Of a stretch of DNA of 64,000 nucleotides, positions 27,150 through 41,800 are shown in pieces. The stretch lies in contig OX597814.1 in the NCBI GenBank assembly GCA_951406725.2, positions 18,352,001-18,416,000 on the forward strand, given 5' to 3'. The stretch's first letter is position 1, and the number at the start of each line of letters is the position of its first letter. Made by a program: the position numbers and the translations under genes. The notes under the pieces were generated by a model. That model did not search any database, was not told the origin of the DNA, and saw only the letters and a program-made list of their open reading frames with translations. This DNA is from Octopus vulgaris (Eukaryota).

Positions 27150-28660
27150 ATTATGGGTGGCTTATCTGGTATTCTTTGAAAGAATCTATCCAGACTCTGT
27201 TTAAAGTTGATGGGATCCTTTTCCTCTTTGATCTCCCTCGGGACAATGTTAAATAGGGCAGGGCCTGTTGAGGAAAAGAAATTATGTTGCAGTGTACATG
27301 TATGTTGTGATCTTGAATTGGGCAGGGGACGTATAGCCCTTGGTCCAAGTCTTGGATGAACCTTGAAGCTAATGTTTAGGTCGTTTGGGCAAAGTTGGCG
27401 GTATATTTTCCACATCGTACAAATGATGTACCGCTCACGGCGACGCTGGAGGGAGTAAAGTTTCAAGGCTTTAAGGCGATCCCAATAATCGAGAGCAGCC
27501 ATGCCTTCAATTTGTTTAGTGAGTGCCCTCTGGGGTGACTCAATTCTGGAGAGTTTTGTCTTGTGTGAGGAAACCACAGTGGGCAGCAGTATTCAAGGTG
27601 TGGCCGTACAAAGGAGGAAAAAGTGGTATGATGACACCTTGCTCTCTGGACCGGAAAGTTCTTAAGATCCAGGAACTCATCCTACGAGCTATATCGACCT
27701 TCTTGTTGATGTGTGCACTCCAACTGAGATCGTCATCAACAATTACACCCAGGTCTCTGATATTGTTAGAGGCTGTGAGCGGTTCCCCTGAAGGAAGAGA
27801 GTATGGTTGTTTTAGTGAGGAATTTCTTCCAAAATGCATCAGCTCAAATTTTCCCTCATTCAGTTGCATTTTGTTTCTGTCTGCCCATTGACTCACAGCA
27901 TATAGATCAGACTGGAGTTGAGTTCGGTCTGCTTCTTCATTGACGATTTGCTGGAGCTTAGTGTCATCAGCAAATATTTTCACTTTGCAGTAATGTACGA
28001 CACTGGAAAGGTCGTTTACGTAAATTATGAAGAGTAGCGGACCCAAAACAGTTCCCTGGGGAACACCGCTAGTGACTTTTGCTGGGTTTGAGTGGACTCC
28101 ATCAACTACAACATGTTGTGTTCTATTCGCCAGGAAATACTTAATCCAGTGTAGAACTTTTCCACGGATTCCAACGTTTGCCAATTTTGAGAGTAGGATG
28201 TTATGGTCTACCCTGTCGAACGCTTTACTGAAGTCATGATATATGACGTCAGAGTTCGAACCTGTTCCCAAGGCTTTGAGTACATCTTCAATGTAGTATA
28301 AGAACTGTGTTAGACAGTCCCTGCCACAGCGAAAGCCATGCTGATTTGAATTTAGGAGTTTGTGGGTCTCCAGGAAGTCAGCTATCCTTGATCTTAACAC
28401 TCTTTCAAACACTTTAATGATGTGGGAGGTGAGTGAGATTGGGTGATAGTTGACTGCGAGGGATCTGTTTCCCTGTTTGAAAACCGGGATGACCGACTGG
28501 GATAGAAACTGTTTCGGTATATAACCTGCGTCCAACGAATTTCTCCAGAGGTTGGTCAGAGGAACTGCAAGTTGGTATCTACATTCCTTCAGGAGACTAG
28601 CGGGAAATCTATCAGGGCCTACAGCAGAGTAATCTTTGACTTCATTTATTGCTGCTACGA
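27071..28660 (-). pseudogene. LINE ORF2 reverse transcriptase, frameshifted near 27560-27625
   Basis: Motifs NYHPISLTS, QHGFR, DFSKAFDRVDH, SGVPQGTVLGPLLFIIYVNDL, FADDTKL, RDLGV and LYSLQRRRERY. Confidence 0.93.
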
Positions 28661-29083
28661 TGTCGGTGGCAGTGAAGGTTTTGTCTGAGATGTATGTATA
28701 TATGTATGTATATATATGTATTTATGTATGATAATATTAATTAGCTTCATTTGACTTACTAAATAAATTTAATAACCAAAATAATAATTATTATAGTATT
28801 TTATAGTTTAAATATTGTATTCTTATTACAACAATGTTGTTTGTTACTTCTGAAAGTATTAATAGAGTTTGGATATGCACCATATGTGTCCCACATTTTG
28901 TAAATAGTAATATAGATTAGTTCATCGAGAACAGTGCTTGTTGCCTGATAGTTTTGTATAGATGACGTCTGTCGATTTACTGAATTCTCCCTTAAATGGT
29001 GTGCAAATGGCAATTATTATTTAAGTTACTTCTAAGCTAGTTACCCCTAAAAAATGAGTAAATTTGATTTCAATTACTGTAGC

Positions 29084-29160
<77 letters not shown>

Positions 29161-30111
29161 TGAGAAAAACCCGAATCAACCCGGGACCTAATCAGATATA
29201 TATGGTTCATATATATATAGATATTTATTTATATATTACATTTTTTACATATATATCATATCATTCAGATCATATCATTCGGATTAGCGCTTTCTCCCAA
29301 TCGAGTGGGGTTTTCAAATCAAATCAATTCCTTATATATATATTGGGTACTTTGTTTATCGCATTTATAGTCTTAAGTCCGTATTAACAATTATTACGGA
29401 ATTCACTCTGCGATAGATTAAGGGAAGAGAGGAATTTTCATTAGGTTTTTATTCATATCTACTACGGAATTATCCATTTGACAAAATAATAAATATAGAA
29501 GATTATTATTAGGTAATTTAAACAATAATTTTTGTACCCGCTAATTCAAATAGATGAAAAAGTTGTTTATTGAAGATGTAATTGCTTATATATTAATTAT
29601 ATTCATTTATATACACACATATCACAATGCTCTATGTTGTGGTGACAAGCGACTATCGTGGTCACGAAAGGGTTTCAATTGGTATGTGCCTGAGATGTAA
29701 TGAAGTGAATTTCGATGGTTGTGGATTTCACTTATTTGATTGCGTTGTCCGTTAAAGTGGTTTTGCTGATTTTTAATTGTAATTGATGTATGATTGAATA
29801 GTTAACGCTCATCCTGATACACATAGTCATTTGAACAACTTTTCACAATCTAGCCGTCCTTTCACACGGAAAATTCGTCTGTTTCTAAACCATGATTCTG
29901 AAGTAACTTTATATAAAATGTAACTGTGATTATGTATATCAGAAAAAGTATATATAAATCGAAACAATTTGTTGGCATTTTATGGTTTTTATAATTATTT
30001 ATGTTATATATATAACATAATGTTATGTTATATTATATTCACAGGGTTTAATGTTATATTGTAATATAGATAAATTCTTGGATTGTCAATAGTATATCTC
30101 TATATTTAATT

Positions 30112-30143
<32 letters not shown>

Positions 30144-30247
30144 TATATATAGATATATACACGTGTATATATATATATACACACACATATATATATATAT
30201 ACACGTGTATATATATATATATATATACGTGTATATATCTATATATA

Positions 30248-30286
<39 letters not shown>

Positions 30287-30347
30287 GTGTATATATCTAT
30301 ATATACACGTATATATATCTATATCATAAATATATGTGTACATATAC

Positions 30348-30380
<33 letters not shown>

Positions 30381-31025
30381 TATTTATGCGAATAAGCATT
30401 TTGTATGTGTGTGTGTGTGAATGTGTGTCTGTGTGTGTGTTTGTGTATGTGTTGGTGATTCTCTCGCTCCCTCTCTATATATAATATATAGTTTCATAAT
30501 ACACTTCAAAAATTATACACAAATCCCAATTCTACTCTTTCAAACAGTTTTCAAAAAAAAAAATCTTTTTTTAAATATATTCTCCAAAGATTAATGCCAA
30601 TTTCTATTACGCATTCTAAACCCATTCATTCTTTAGTGATGGCTCGCAATCGATAAAGAAATTCGATCAGAGAACAATTTGTTAAAGCTTGTCATAAATG
30701 ACAGCAAAAATATTTGTATAATTTCAATATGGCGCTATATTCTTTAAAAGTGCGTTATGCCTACAATAGATTGAAATAATGGCGTCGTGGTATGAATCTA
30801 AAGCTAGGAGCAAATCGAATCCCAGTTTCTGATTTATCAGTGCTACCACCTGATCATCATTTATCGCTCACTGATTTTGCACATCATCAATATTATCTGA
30901 GTATCATCTGAGGATACTAACAAGGGTATACAGAATGAAACGAACCGCTAAAGTTTGCCATAGATACGCTTGTTGTAAATATTCTAATCACATGTTTTAA
31001 TGCTGCTTTATAGATTTTGTTGTCG

Positions 31026-31203
<178 letters not shown>

Positions 31204-31877
31204 GAACTTCTTATATTTTAATTTTTGATTTTTGATTTAAAATAAGATATTGATATTTTAAGATTTTGCTTAGTTCCTAAAGCACCCTTAGAAATATTAA
31301 CACAACTTTTCGATTACCCATACATTGTAGTTAGTAATATTGCTGCTGTTATTGTTGTGGTTCTTATTGTTGTAAGCGTTTGTGTTTGTTATTGATAGTG
31401 CCGTCATTCAGACCTCAGTCAGGCCCGAAAGAGAAAAAGTTCGATAAAAAGTCATGCATTCAGTTTTTCTTTTTGACTTGTACATAAATTTATACACATA
31501 CTTTTTCTTAAAAGTTAAAGAGCGGAATTTGAGGTAAATTTAAATGCTATTCCTAGTAGTACAAGCCTTGGTCTTATTGAAGCTCATACGTAGTTCATTA
31601 CATATTTTGTTTCGGCTTTTAACCCAGTGCCATGATAACATATAATCCACGACCAATTTCGCTAAAGTGTGGCATTAAAATATTTTTCATGGTTTACACA
31701 CACGCGCGCGCGCATACACACACAAACGCGGACACACAAACACACGCACATACATTTATATATACATACACAAACATACGTATAGACATACATACGGCTT
31801 CCTTTCTATTGGACTTATTGATAATAATAAGGAGTATGGAGCTTGTATATTCACAAATGTGTTTTATAGTTATACAT

Positions 31878-32270
31878 CAGGAGTGGCTGTGTGGTAAGTA
31901 GCTTACTAACCAACCACATGGTTCCGGGTTCAGTCCCACTGCGTGGCATCTTGGGCAAGTGTCTTTCTGCTATAGCCCCGGGCCGACCAATGCCTTGTGA
32001 GTGGATTTGGTAGACGGAAACTGAAAGAAGCCTGTCGTATATATATATATATATATATGTATGTGTTTGTCTCCCTAGCATTGCTTGACAACCGATGCTG
32101 GTGTGTTTACGTCCCCGTCACTTAGCGTTTCGGCAAAAGAGACCGATAGAATAAGTACTGGGCTTGCAAAAGAATAGGTCCCGGGGTCGAGTTGCTTGAC
32201 TAAAAGGCGGTGCTCCAGCATGGCCGCAGTCAAATTACTGAAACAAGTAAAAGAGAGAAATAAAGAGAGT
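31878..32270 (+). mobile_element. SINE family A, near full length
   Basis: A/B boxes, CORE-like segment and AAAGAG tail. Confidence 0.9.
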
Positions 32271-32583
32271 ATCATATTGCATTGAGCTTCACGGGTTTCC
32301 ACTGCAGCGACTACTCAGTGTTGCAGCTAAAAGCTTGCAATATTGTCGATGCAATTTCAACAGTGTTCGTCCATTTGGTCTTTTTCGAAGGTTCATTCAT
32401 TTAACGGAAACAGAGCATTATATATTTGGTCATATGCACAAAGATAAAATCAAATAGATAATAAATAATATAAAACTGTATAATTCAATTCTGTTAAACA
32501 TAGCTATATTAATGTAACATTATAAAATGTTATCCGTACTCAAATGTCTCAAAGATATAGCAACATTTATAGAAAAAGTAACC

Positions 32584-32748
32584 GGAGTGGCTGTGTAGTA
32601 AGTAGCTTGCTAACCAACCACATGGTTCCGGGTTCAGTCCCACTGCGTGGCACCTTGGGCAAGTGTCTTCCGCTATAGCCTCAGACCGACCAATGCCTTG
32701 TGAGTGGATTTGGTAGACGGAAACTGAAAGAAGCATGTCGTATATGTG

Positions 32749-32779
<31 letters not shown>

Positions 32780-32982
32780 TTGTTCCCCTAGCATTGCTTG
32801 ACAACCGATGCTGGTGTGTTTACGTCCCCGTCACATAGCGGTTCGGCAAAAAGAGACCGATAGAATAAGTACTGGGCTTACAAAGAATAAGTTCCGGGGT
32901 CGATTTGCTCGACTAAAGGCGGTGTTCCAGCATGGCCGCAGTCAAATGACTGAAACAAGCAAAAGAGTAAAGAGTAAAAGAG
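32584..32982 (+). mobile_element. SINE family A, near full length
   Basis: Colinear with other copies; (AAAGAGT)n tail. Confidence 0.9.
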
Positions 32983-33209
32983 GATAGGCAACATGAAAAG
33001 AAAGAAGTGTAGCAGAAGAAAAATGAAAGCGAAAAATTAAATACAAGTAAAGATAGATAAGAGGATAGCAAAATGAGAGAGTAGGAAAGTTTCTTTTCCA
33101 ATTCTGTGACAGATGTTTCTTTTGAAAAATACAGACCAGATATTTTGTTATGTCCATGACGCTACAAAGATCATTTCTGAAACACTGTAGGCCTCTGTTC
33201 TCTGATAAT

Positions 33210-33645
<436 letters not shown>

Positions 33646-34859
33646 ATAGGCATACCTGAACCTATATTAAATATTTTTCAGACAAATAAAATGAAACAAA
33701 TGCTAATCTTGATGATAAAGAGTACATAAATAGGGGCAAAATCAAGAATAGTCACATATTAAAAGATTTGTCGCAAATTCTTCATAATGTCCAAATATAT
33801 CTGGATAAACTGTCGGAACTCTATTATTTGGATTTATTAATGAATGTCTGTGCGACTAATATCTCACCTTAAAAATCACTTGACGTCTCTACGTTACAAA
33901 AATTTTATTTGGGAAACGTTAATTGATTTTAAATTGGGACAGTATTCCAAAGAACTTGATGGTATTACTAATGCTTAACACGTTTTGCGTTAATATTATT
34001 GATAGATCTTGCGAAAATGTTACTAAAGATGTTATATCTATTACGTTTTCTGATTAAATAAATTGAGAATTTTAGAAATCCGTTGAACATCCAAACATAA
34101 AACTGGTATAGACCACAGTATATTTATGTCTGTCATAATTGTATTGATAATCTGCATCATTCTCATATAACTTAAAGTTTATCAAAATAATCATAACGAA
34201 TTGAATATTTCTACACATATGTTTAGTATATTGGTATGTAAGCACAATGGTTGCATACATGTATCTGTATGCTTGCATGTTTGCGTATGTTTTTCTGTGC
34301 ATGTACGTATTACTAAGTGTTTATAAACAAAAGATATGGCGAGCCGGGTATATAGAGAAGAAAGAGAAATACGGAATTAGATAATATTCTTAAAATAAAA
34401 CAATACATATAATCAATAGTAAATGCATATACTCAAAAGCATGTAGGTTTTAGTTCAATGACAAACAAGGAAGAATAAATTGTAAAAGGGTTGGCCATTT
34501 GCAACAAAGTTCTTCTGAGTTAAATTTTTGAGTGACTAGAATTTTTTTAATAATCTTCATGGTTTTGATCTTATTACTATTGCCGTTAATGCTTCTTCTC
34601 GTGTATTAATGCAAGCGCTAGTAAGAGGTGTATGAATGACGATAAAAATTACATGTAGATTTTGAAAAACCTTCAAACTGTTGGTGAATGAAGAAATGCA
34701 TATATATACGCATATATATATATATATAGTGAGGGAAACGACTGTCAATACATACACCTGATGATTGCGTAACGCATGAGAGAACTAGTTTATTTCGATA
34801 CTGTAAAATTATAAAATTGTAAACATTGTAAATAAGAAAATGTGAAAATCAGATTCGCT

Positions 34860-35600
34860 TTCGCCGTTTAGAGCGGTGCTTGGAAGAAAGGTGTGTAGCG
34901 TGTATTCATCGCATTGCTCATGACAGAAAGTTGAGCAGAGAATCTGCATCAAATTTTGTCAAAAGCTTGGTGATATCTGCACAGCGACCTACGTAAAGTT
35001 TCCAAAGTTTTCATCGTAATCCACACAATCAAGGAGATCTTGCGCAACTGAAACCCGAGTGTCATTTTGGTCAGCTGAAAGCAGTTTTGGCATATACTTT
35101 GCAGACTCATACCCAGATCTTCAGTGATAATGGACTGAACGGAACCGAAACTAATTTGCACATCCTCTGATAACTCACGGATCGTGTTTCGACAATTTCT
35201 CCTCACAACTAACTGCGCATCTGCGATACTTTACTCAAGATTACTAGTTGCGGGGCTCCCAGAACGTTCGTCACTATCGACATTTTTTCTGCCATTTGGA
35301 AACGCCTGAACCACTTGTACACTTGTGTGCGGTTCATACACACCTGTCCATACATTATCCGTAAATCTGCGTAGGCCTTGAGCAGGTATCGTCAGGAAAA
35401 CTTTTTCTGCCAATGAGACAATCACACGCTACACACCTGTCTTCCGAAAACAGCTGTAAACAGCGGAAGTGACTTAGTACGGTAAAAGTTAGTGCGCTTG
35501 CACAGCGGTGTTCAAGGTCAATCTGTGCTAGCAGCTTTACTGTGCGTTCTTTAACTTGGTTACTATGGCAACAGTCCAGATACTTATTGAGAAGACCTTG
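34860..35600 (-). mobile_element. Rearranged mariner relic: two 5' portions facing each other
   Basis: Minus strand from TA-CAAGGTCTTCTCAATAAGTA (35600) encodes HTH-region text (KNVDSDERSGSPATS; TIRELSEDVQISFGSVQSIITEDLGM). Plus strand 34860-34997 encodes EQRICIKFCQKLG, a transposase start. Confidence 0.75.
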
Positions 35601-35736
35601 TATACACACACACACACACACACATAAGTATGTTTATCATATACATACCAAGATACGTAGATACATACGTTATATATGTATCTGCATATATGAATATACA
35701 CACACACACACGTATGTAACATACCAAGATACATAC

Positions 35737-35774
<38 letters not shown>

Positions 35775-35843
35775 TATACATATATATACAGATATATATA
35801 TAGATGTATATAGATATACATATATATACAGATATATATGTAT

Positions 35844-36061
<218 letters not shown>

Positions 36062-36142
36062 AACGTATAAATATATAGAGATGTATAAGCATTATATATT
36101 ATTGTGTTACATCTGTATCACCATCAGCATCAATATCCTTAC

Positions 36143-36466
36143 TTTGATTTTTATTAGAAGGAACCTGACAAAAATAACGATGTTTATGATGATGATGATC
36201 ATGATCATCAACACGATCATGTTGCATGAGGAAACATAGTGTAGATGGTGGTGATGATAATGATGACAAGGTTGACGATGATGATGATGATGATGATGAT
36301 GATGAGAAGGAGGAGGAGTTTGACGGTGGTGGTAGTGGTGGTAACGATGGTTACAATGACGACGATTACGACGATGGTGATGGGGGATAATGTTAGTGGT
36401 GGCTGTGGTGTTGATGGAGAGCGCAATGGCAGTGGTGTACGGGACTACGTTGACGTTGAATTTTAT
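36143..36466 (-). other. Candidate host exon (324 nt, His-rich open frame, or UTR)
   Basis: Long polypyrimidine tract and TTTTCAG acceptor at 36467-36500; AAA|GTAAGG donor at 36142; the phase-0 frame is open throughout. Confidence 0.25.
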
Positions 36467-36839
36467 CTGAAAATTGAGAAGAAAAAAAAAGGGCAACAAA
36501 AGGAAAGAACGAGAACGTATTGGAAAGAACAAGTGAAATTTGATAAGCGAAAGTTTGATATATCGACTTGATGTTGTTAATCTTTGGTTCAGTATTTTTT
36601 TTTATTCGTTAGTGTTGTTCTTGCTGCTGTCGTTTTTTTTTATTTTCTGTATTTTTTTTTTTTTTTGCGCTTAATATGAAATAGTGGCGTGGTATAACAA
36701 TGTTGGTTTTTTTTTTATTAATGTTATTACTGCTATCGTTATTATTTCGTTTTATTTAGTTTTACAAATAAAGAATAACATCACGTAAGCAACAAAAAAT
36801 CTCGTATATACAAATAATGATAATACTAACAACAACAAC

Positions 36840-36901
36840 AACAATAATAATAATAATAATAATAATAATCATAATAATAATAATAATGATAATTATAATA
36901 C

Positions 36902-36986
<85 letters not shown>

Positions 36987-37005
36987 AATAATAATAATGA
37001 TGATG

Positions 37006-37055
<50 letters not shown>

Positions 37056-37062
37056 AATAATG

Positions 37063-37120
<58 letters not shown>

Positions 37121-37180
37121 TAATGATAATGATAAGAAGAGAAGAAGAAGAAAAAGAAGAAGAAGAAGAAGAAGAATGAT
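36840..37180. repeat. (TAA/TGA)n followed by (GAA)n microsatellite
   Basis: Seen directly. Confidence 0.92.
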
Positions 37181-37429
37181 GATAATAATGAAGAAAAATA
37201 AATAAAAATTCAGGAACAAGAAAGCAATATCATCCACGACAACTGCAACAGTAATAATAAAAGCAACAACAGTTAAAGCAACAGAAAACATTTATGAAGC
37301 CTTCGGTGTTCATGTTTGCAGGCATTTCATATTGAGCTGGACTCCCGAGATAACATTCGGAACATAAGATAACTTGTGTGCAAGCGTGTATATATATATA
37401 TATATATCTGTATATATATATATATCTAT

Positions 37430-37497
<68 letters not shown>

Positions 37498-38339
37498 GTA
37501 TATCTATATATATATATAACTGTATATCTATATACATGTATATATATATATATATCTATATATATATATATAATGTGTGTGTGTGTGTGTGTGTGTGTAT
37601 TTGTTGTTTGTAACTTGTGAAAGTGTTTGGCTGGCATTTTATTGTTTTACTTTCATTGTATTTGGAGGAAGGGGGCTTAAATTTTTATCAAATTTTTTGT
37701 TTCATTTATATATGCATACATATATACACACACACACACACACACATGCGCACAAACACACACATATATACATACATATATTTGTAAACATACATAAATA
37801 CACAAATATTCATACATACAAACAAGCATACATGTATATATATAGAGAGAGAGTTTATTTATTCATTTCTTCTTGTTCATATATTTATCGAATATTCTTC
37901 TTGTAAATTAGCAAAGTTGCTTTTGAATATCCTGGAGAAATAGTTCGAAAACAAGTGAAGATGTGTGAGGAAAAAAATCAGCAAACAAATCAAAAATTTG
38001 CAAAAAAATGTTAACGGGGAAAAGAGTAAGGGAAAAATGGAGTGGAGTGAAGAAAGTAAGAGTGAAATGAAAGAAGGAATAAAGGAAACAGAAGAGAAAA
38101 AGAATAAAAAAGAGACTGAAGAAAAGTTAATTTAAAAAATAGGGATAGAAAGAAGAGAATAAAATTCAAAAGTAAAACGAACAGAAGTCCAAGAAGAGAT
38201 ACTGAATGAAAATGAAAACCTATGAAAATGTGAAATATATATATGTGTATATGTGTATACACACATACATATATGCATATATATCGATATACGCATATCT
38301 ACGTTATATATATATATATATATATACGATATACTATCT

Positions 38340-38468
<129 letters not shown>

Positions 38469-38984
38469 TGTATATGCGTGTGTTCATACGAAGAAACGAA
38501 GGCGTGGTACGGTCTTGAGAGGATATGATCAGAAGTTAGCGAAGAAATCGATAAAATATATATACTTTATATAATTTTTTTACTTGATCGTTCTTACTTT
38601 TTTTAAGAAAATAACTTTTGAGTATTTTCCGTTTCTTGTTCATTTTTATCTCTGATTGATATTAGTTTTTGTTTGTTTTTGAACGCCTTTATTATCTTCG
38701 AGGGAAGAATTTCAACATAGGTCTGATATCTTCATGCTTTCTGTACATATCTTAGTTATATATATGTGTGTGGTATGTTTGTGTGTGTTTGTATGAGTGT
38801 GTGGGTGTGAGTGTGTATGTCTTTTCATTGGTAGGAAGTAGTTTAACATAATATTTTTCCCTCTTCTTTTGCGTTTTTTTTTATTGTAACTGAGCGGGGT
38901 TTGTATATGAATTGTGAACCTCGGTAGCTCTATTTATTGTGCACGAAATTGTGCGTCTGGTTTAAGTGTTATATTCATATATTT

Positions 38985-38986
<2 letters not shown>

Positions 38987-39060
<74 letters not shown>

Positions 39061-39100
39061 AGCGAGAGAGAGAGAGAGACAAACAGAAAGAGAGAGAGAG

Positions 39101-39132
<32 letters not shown>
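38987..39132. repeat. (TG)n(GA)n compound microsatellite
   Basis: Seen directly. Confidence 0.92.
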
Positions 39133-39136
<4 letters not shown>

Positions 39137-39828
39137 TATGTGTTTCGGTGGGTAGCGAAAGTGCAAGAATTTGTATTCTCGTGGTTTATGTACTATTTTT
39201 TACTCTTCGAATTTAAACTGATTCAGGGATATGCAAGATATTCCGAGAGATTTCACAAGAAATTGGCTTATAGTAGTTTCTTTTTTAACCTTTATGATTT
39301 GGCGATGTGTATCAATACATACACATACGTAGACACATACGTTGATAATTTACTTTTTAACTCAAAGAAGCACATTCGGATTTCTCATGGATGTTGCAAA
39401 ATCCCACCGAACAGACGGAGCAACATAAGATCGATTCTCAGTGTAGGATATCAGCTCCATCACTTGAATTCCACTTTCTTTCATAGAATCTCGGTCAAAA
39501 TATGCTTTATATTTTCTTTTTCAAAATTCTAGAAGGATAACTTAATTCAGCGACATCATTAACATAGCCAAACAAATATACTCTTTTGTGTGGTTCTGGC
39601 TGGAACGACAGCACTTGTTCGTCACGGCAGATATGTAGTAAATTCAGGGATGGGATTTAATAGGAACATTGCTTGGAAAGTTACCTGGTGCGATCCGAGC
39701 AAATACCGACGAATGGTGAATGCAGCAATGCGATACAACTGTGCATGGCCCAATACATGACTGGACCTGATCATACATATATATGTGTAAGTGGTTGTCT
39801 GTGTATATGCTAAACGTTTATGGATATG

Positions 39829-39866
<38 letters not shown>

Positions 39867-39878
39867 TACATACATACA

Positions 39879-39910
<32 letters not shown>

Positions 39911-40502
39911 AGATTGTATATCTGCGTAAAATGTGAGATTTATAGTTATAATTATAATTATTATAACAAATTCCATACTATTTGCTGTACTACTAAACTT
40001 GAACTTAATGTTTAACATGCTCATGCTTAGAAATGCATTTAGGAAGAGGCAAAAACCATTCGATAGCTGCAATTCCCTTAAAAATTTTATCCGAGGATTT
40101 TGACGGGGACAACACGAGCAAATAGAAATACAACCAAACTTATTTTTAAAAACTCTGGTTTATCCAGAAATATATCGCCCACACAATATATTTTGTTCCT
40201 TATAATATCTAACAGTATTCATCTCTAATCAGATACTGTGTTCTATCCGATTCGCGAAGCTGTCTTCTGTATTGCAAACCTTTGCATAATATAGACTTTG
40301 ACTACAAAATGGAATACAGTACATTAGAGCTAACTAAAATCACAGCAACAATTCTGTTCCGTAAGTCCATTTATATTATGCACTTTCACTTGTTCTATTA
40401 GAAGGGATCTCAGCAAAGCCAGTAAGAGTAGGGGAGGTGGTTGAATGTAGTCGCATTTTATATTTTAAAAGAAGGGATTGTCATCACCGGTATGCCTTCC
40501 AT

Positions 40503-40734
40503 AGGCGGCGAGCTGGCAGAATCGTTAGCGCGCCGGGCGAAATGCTTAGCGGTATTTCGCCTGTCGTTATGTTCTGAGTTCAAATTCCGCCGAGGTCGAC
40601 TTTGCCTTTTATCCTTTCGGGGTCGATAAATTAAGTACCAGTTACGCACTAGGGTCGATGTAATCGACTTAATACCTATGTCTGTCCTTGTTTGTCCCCT
40701 CTATGTTTAGCCCCTTGTGGGTAGTAAAGAAATA
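40503..40734 (+). mobile_element. SINE family C, full length
   Basis: 14-bp TSD GGTATGCCTT(C/T)CAT at 40489-40502 and 40735-40748. Confidence 0.92.
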
Positions 40735-41419
40735 GGTATGCCTTTCATCATAATTTTGCTTTCATTTTTGTCAGAACAGGGAGAGTGAGACCCATGACCA
40801 GAGTCATGGTGAAATGAATAGAGAAATATATCTTCATGCAAGAAGCATCGCATGAGAAGGCGCAATAAACGTCATGGAAGGCCATGTGTTGGCGTCTAAC
40901 TGGCGATACACAATAGATATCATCTTCAGTTAAAAACAGTTATTCATATAGACCCCTACACAGTTTCTTCAGCCAAATTTCACTGAGACATTTTGAAGCT
41001 ATAGAATGCCCCAGGGGCAATAGATCGCATTTGAACACAAGACAACGTTGTTACAAAGCTCACATCTTAGCCAAAGTTCCACGTATGACATGAACAAAAC
41101 AAACACCGGTAAGAAAGTTTCTGTCTGCTGTCATTTATCAAATTTCATATTGGTTGGTAGTTTTCCTAATCTGTCAAAATTTAGAAATTTTAAATATTTC
41201 TGTGACAATTTTGAGGGAATCTTCCTTTGTGAAATGTATAAGCATCATCTTCTAAAGAACACACATTTTATCTTGACAATGGCACACACAGACCCCCCCC
41301 CCACACACACACACACACACATCTACAAACACAAATACACTTTCATACACTTACATACGCATATATAATTCTGATTTGAAAAGTACAGAGTTCGATATAC
41401 ATATCTATCTATCTATCTA

Positions 41420-41800
41420 ACTTGGGCATGTGTTGTGTTTTGGTTGTGTATTTTCTGTATTCTTTTAAATCATACTTAATGCACCTATTATTATGGCTAT
41501 TGTTTCGGTTTTTAGGATACACATTCGAGTTATCCCTGTTTCCAGATTCATTATCATCTGTTGCGATTTGTAAGTCGATTGGAAGGTAATTTTTCTTCAA
41601 AATCTCTGACAACATTATCCGGTAGGTTAGCCATTATCATTTTCTGAGACCCTTTCTGGGATATGCCCATACCATCATTTTTCTGTTGCCGTCCATAGTG
41701 TTGCCTTAGCTTCAAATGTATATAGATCCCAAAATTGTCATATTCGGGCAGCGAGGGACAATATTGTTTACTGTTTCTTTTCTCAGCATATTAACCAATG
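41420..41800 (-). mobile_element. Highly degraded R4/Dong-like RLE fragment
   Basis: Minus-strand remnants KETVNNIVPRCP, WYGHIPERV and LKTETIAIIIGALSMI parallel fragments 3 and 4. Confidence 0.6.

Larger units (their letters stand above)
26901..28692 (-). mobile_element. 5'-truncated LINE (CR1/L2 group) with reverse transcriptase and 3' UTR, inserted in a microsatellite
   Basis: RT ORF followed by a 3' UTR ending in TCTAAGTTTA repeats; the same 3' end recurs at 51449-51800. Confidence 0.92.
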
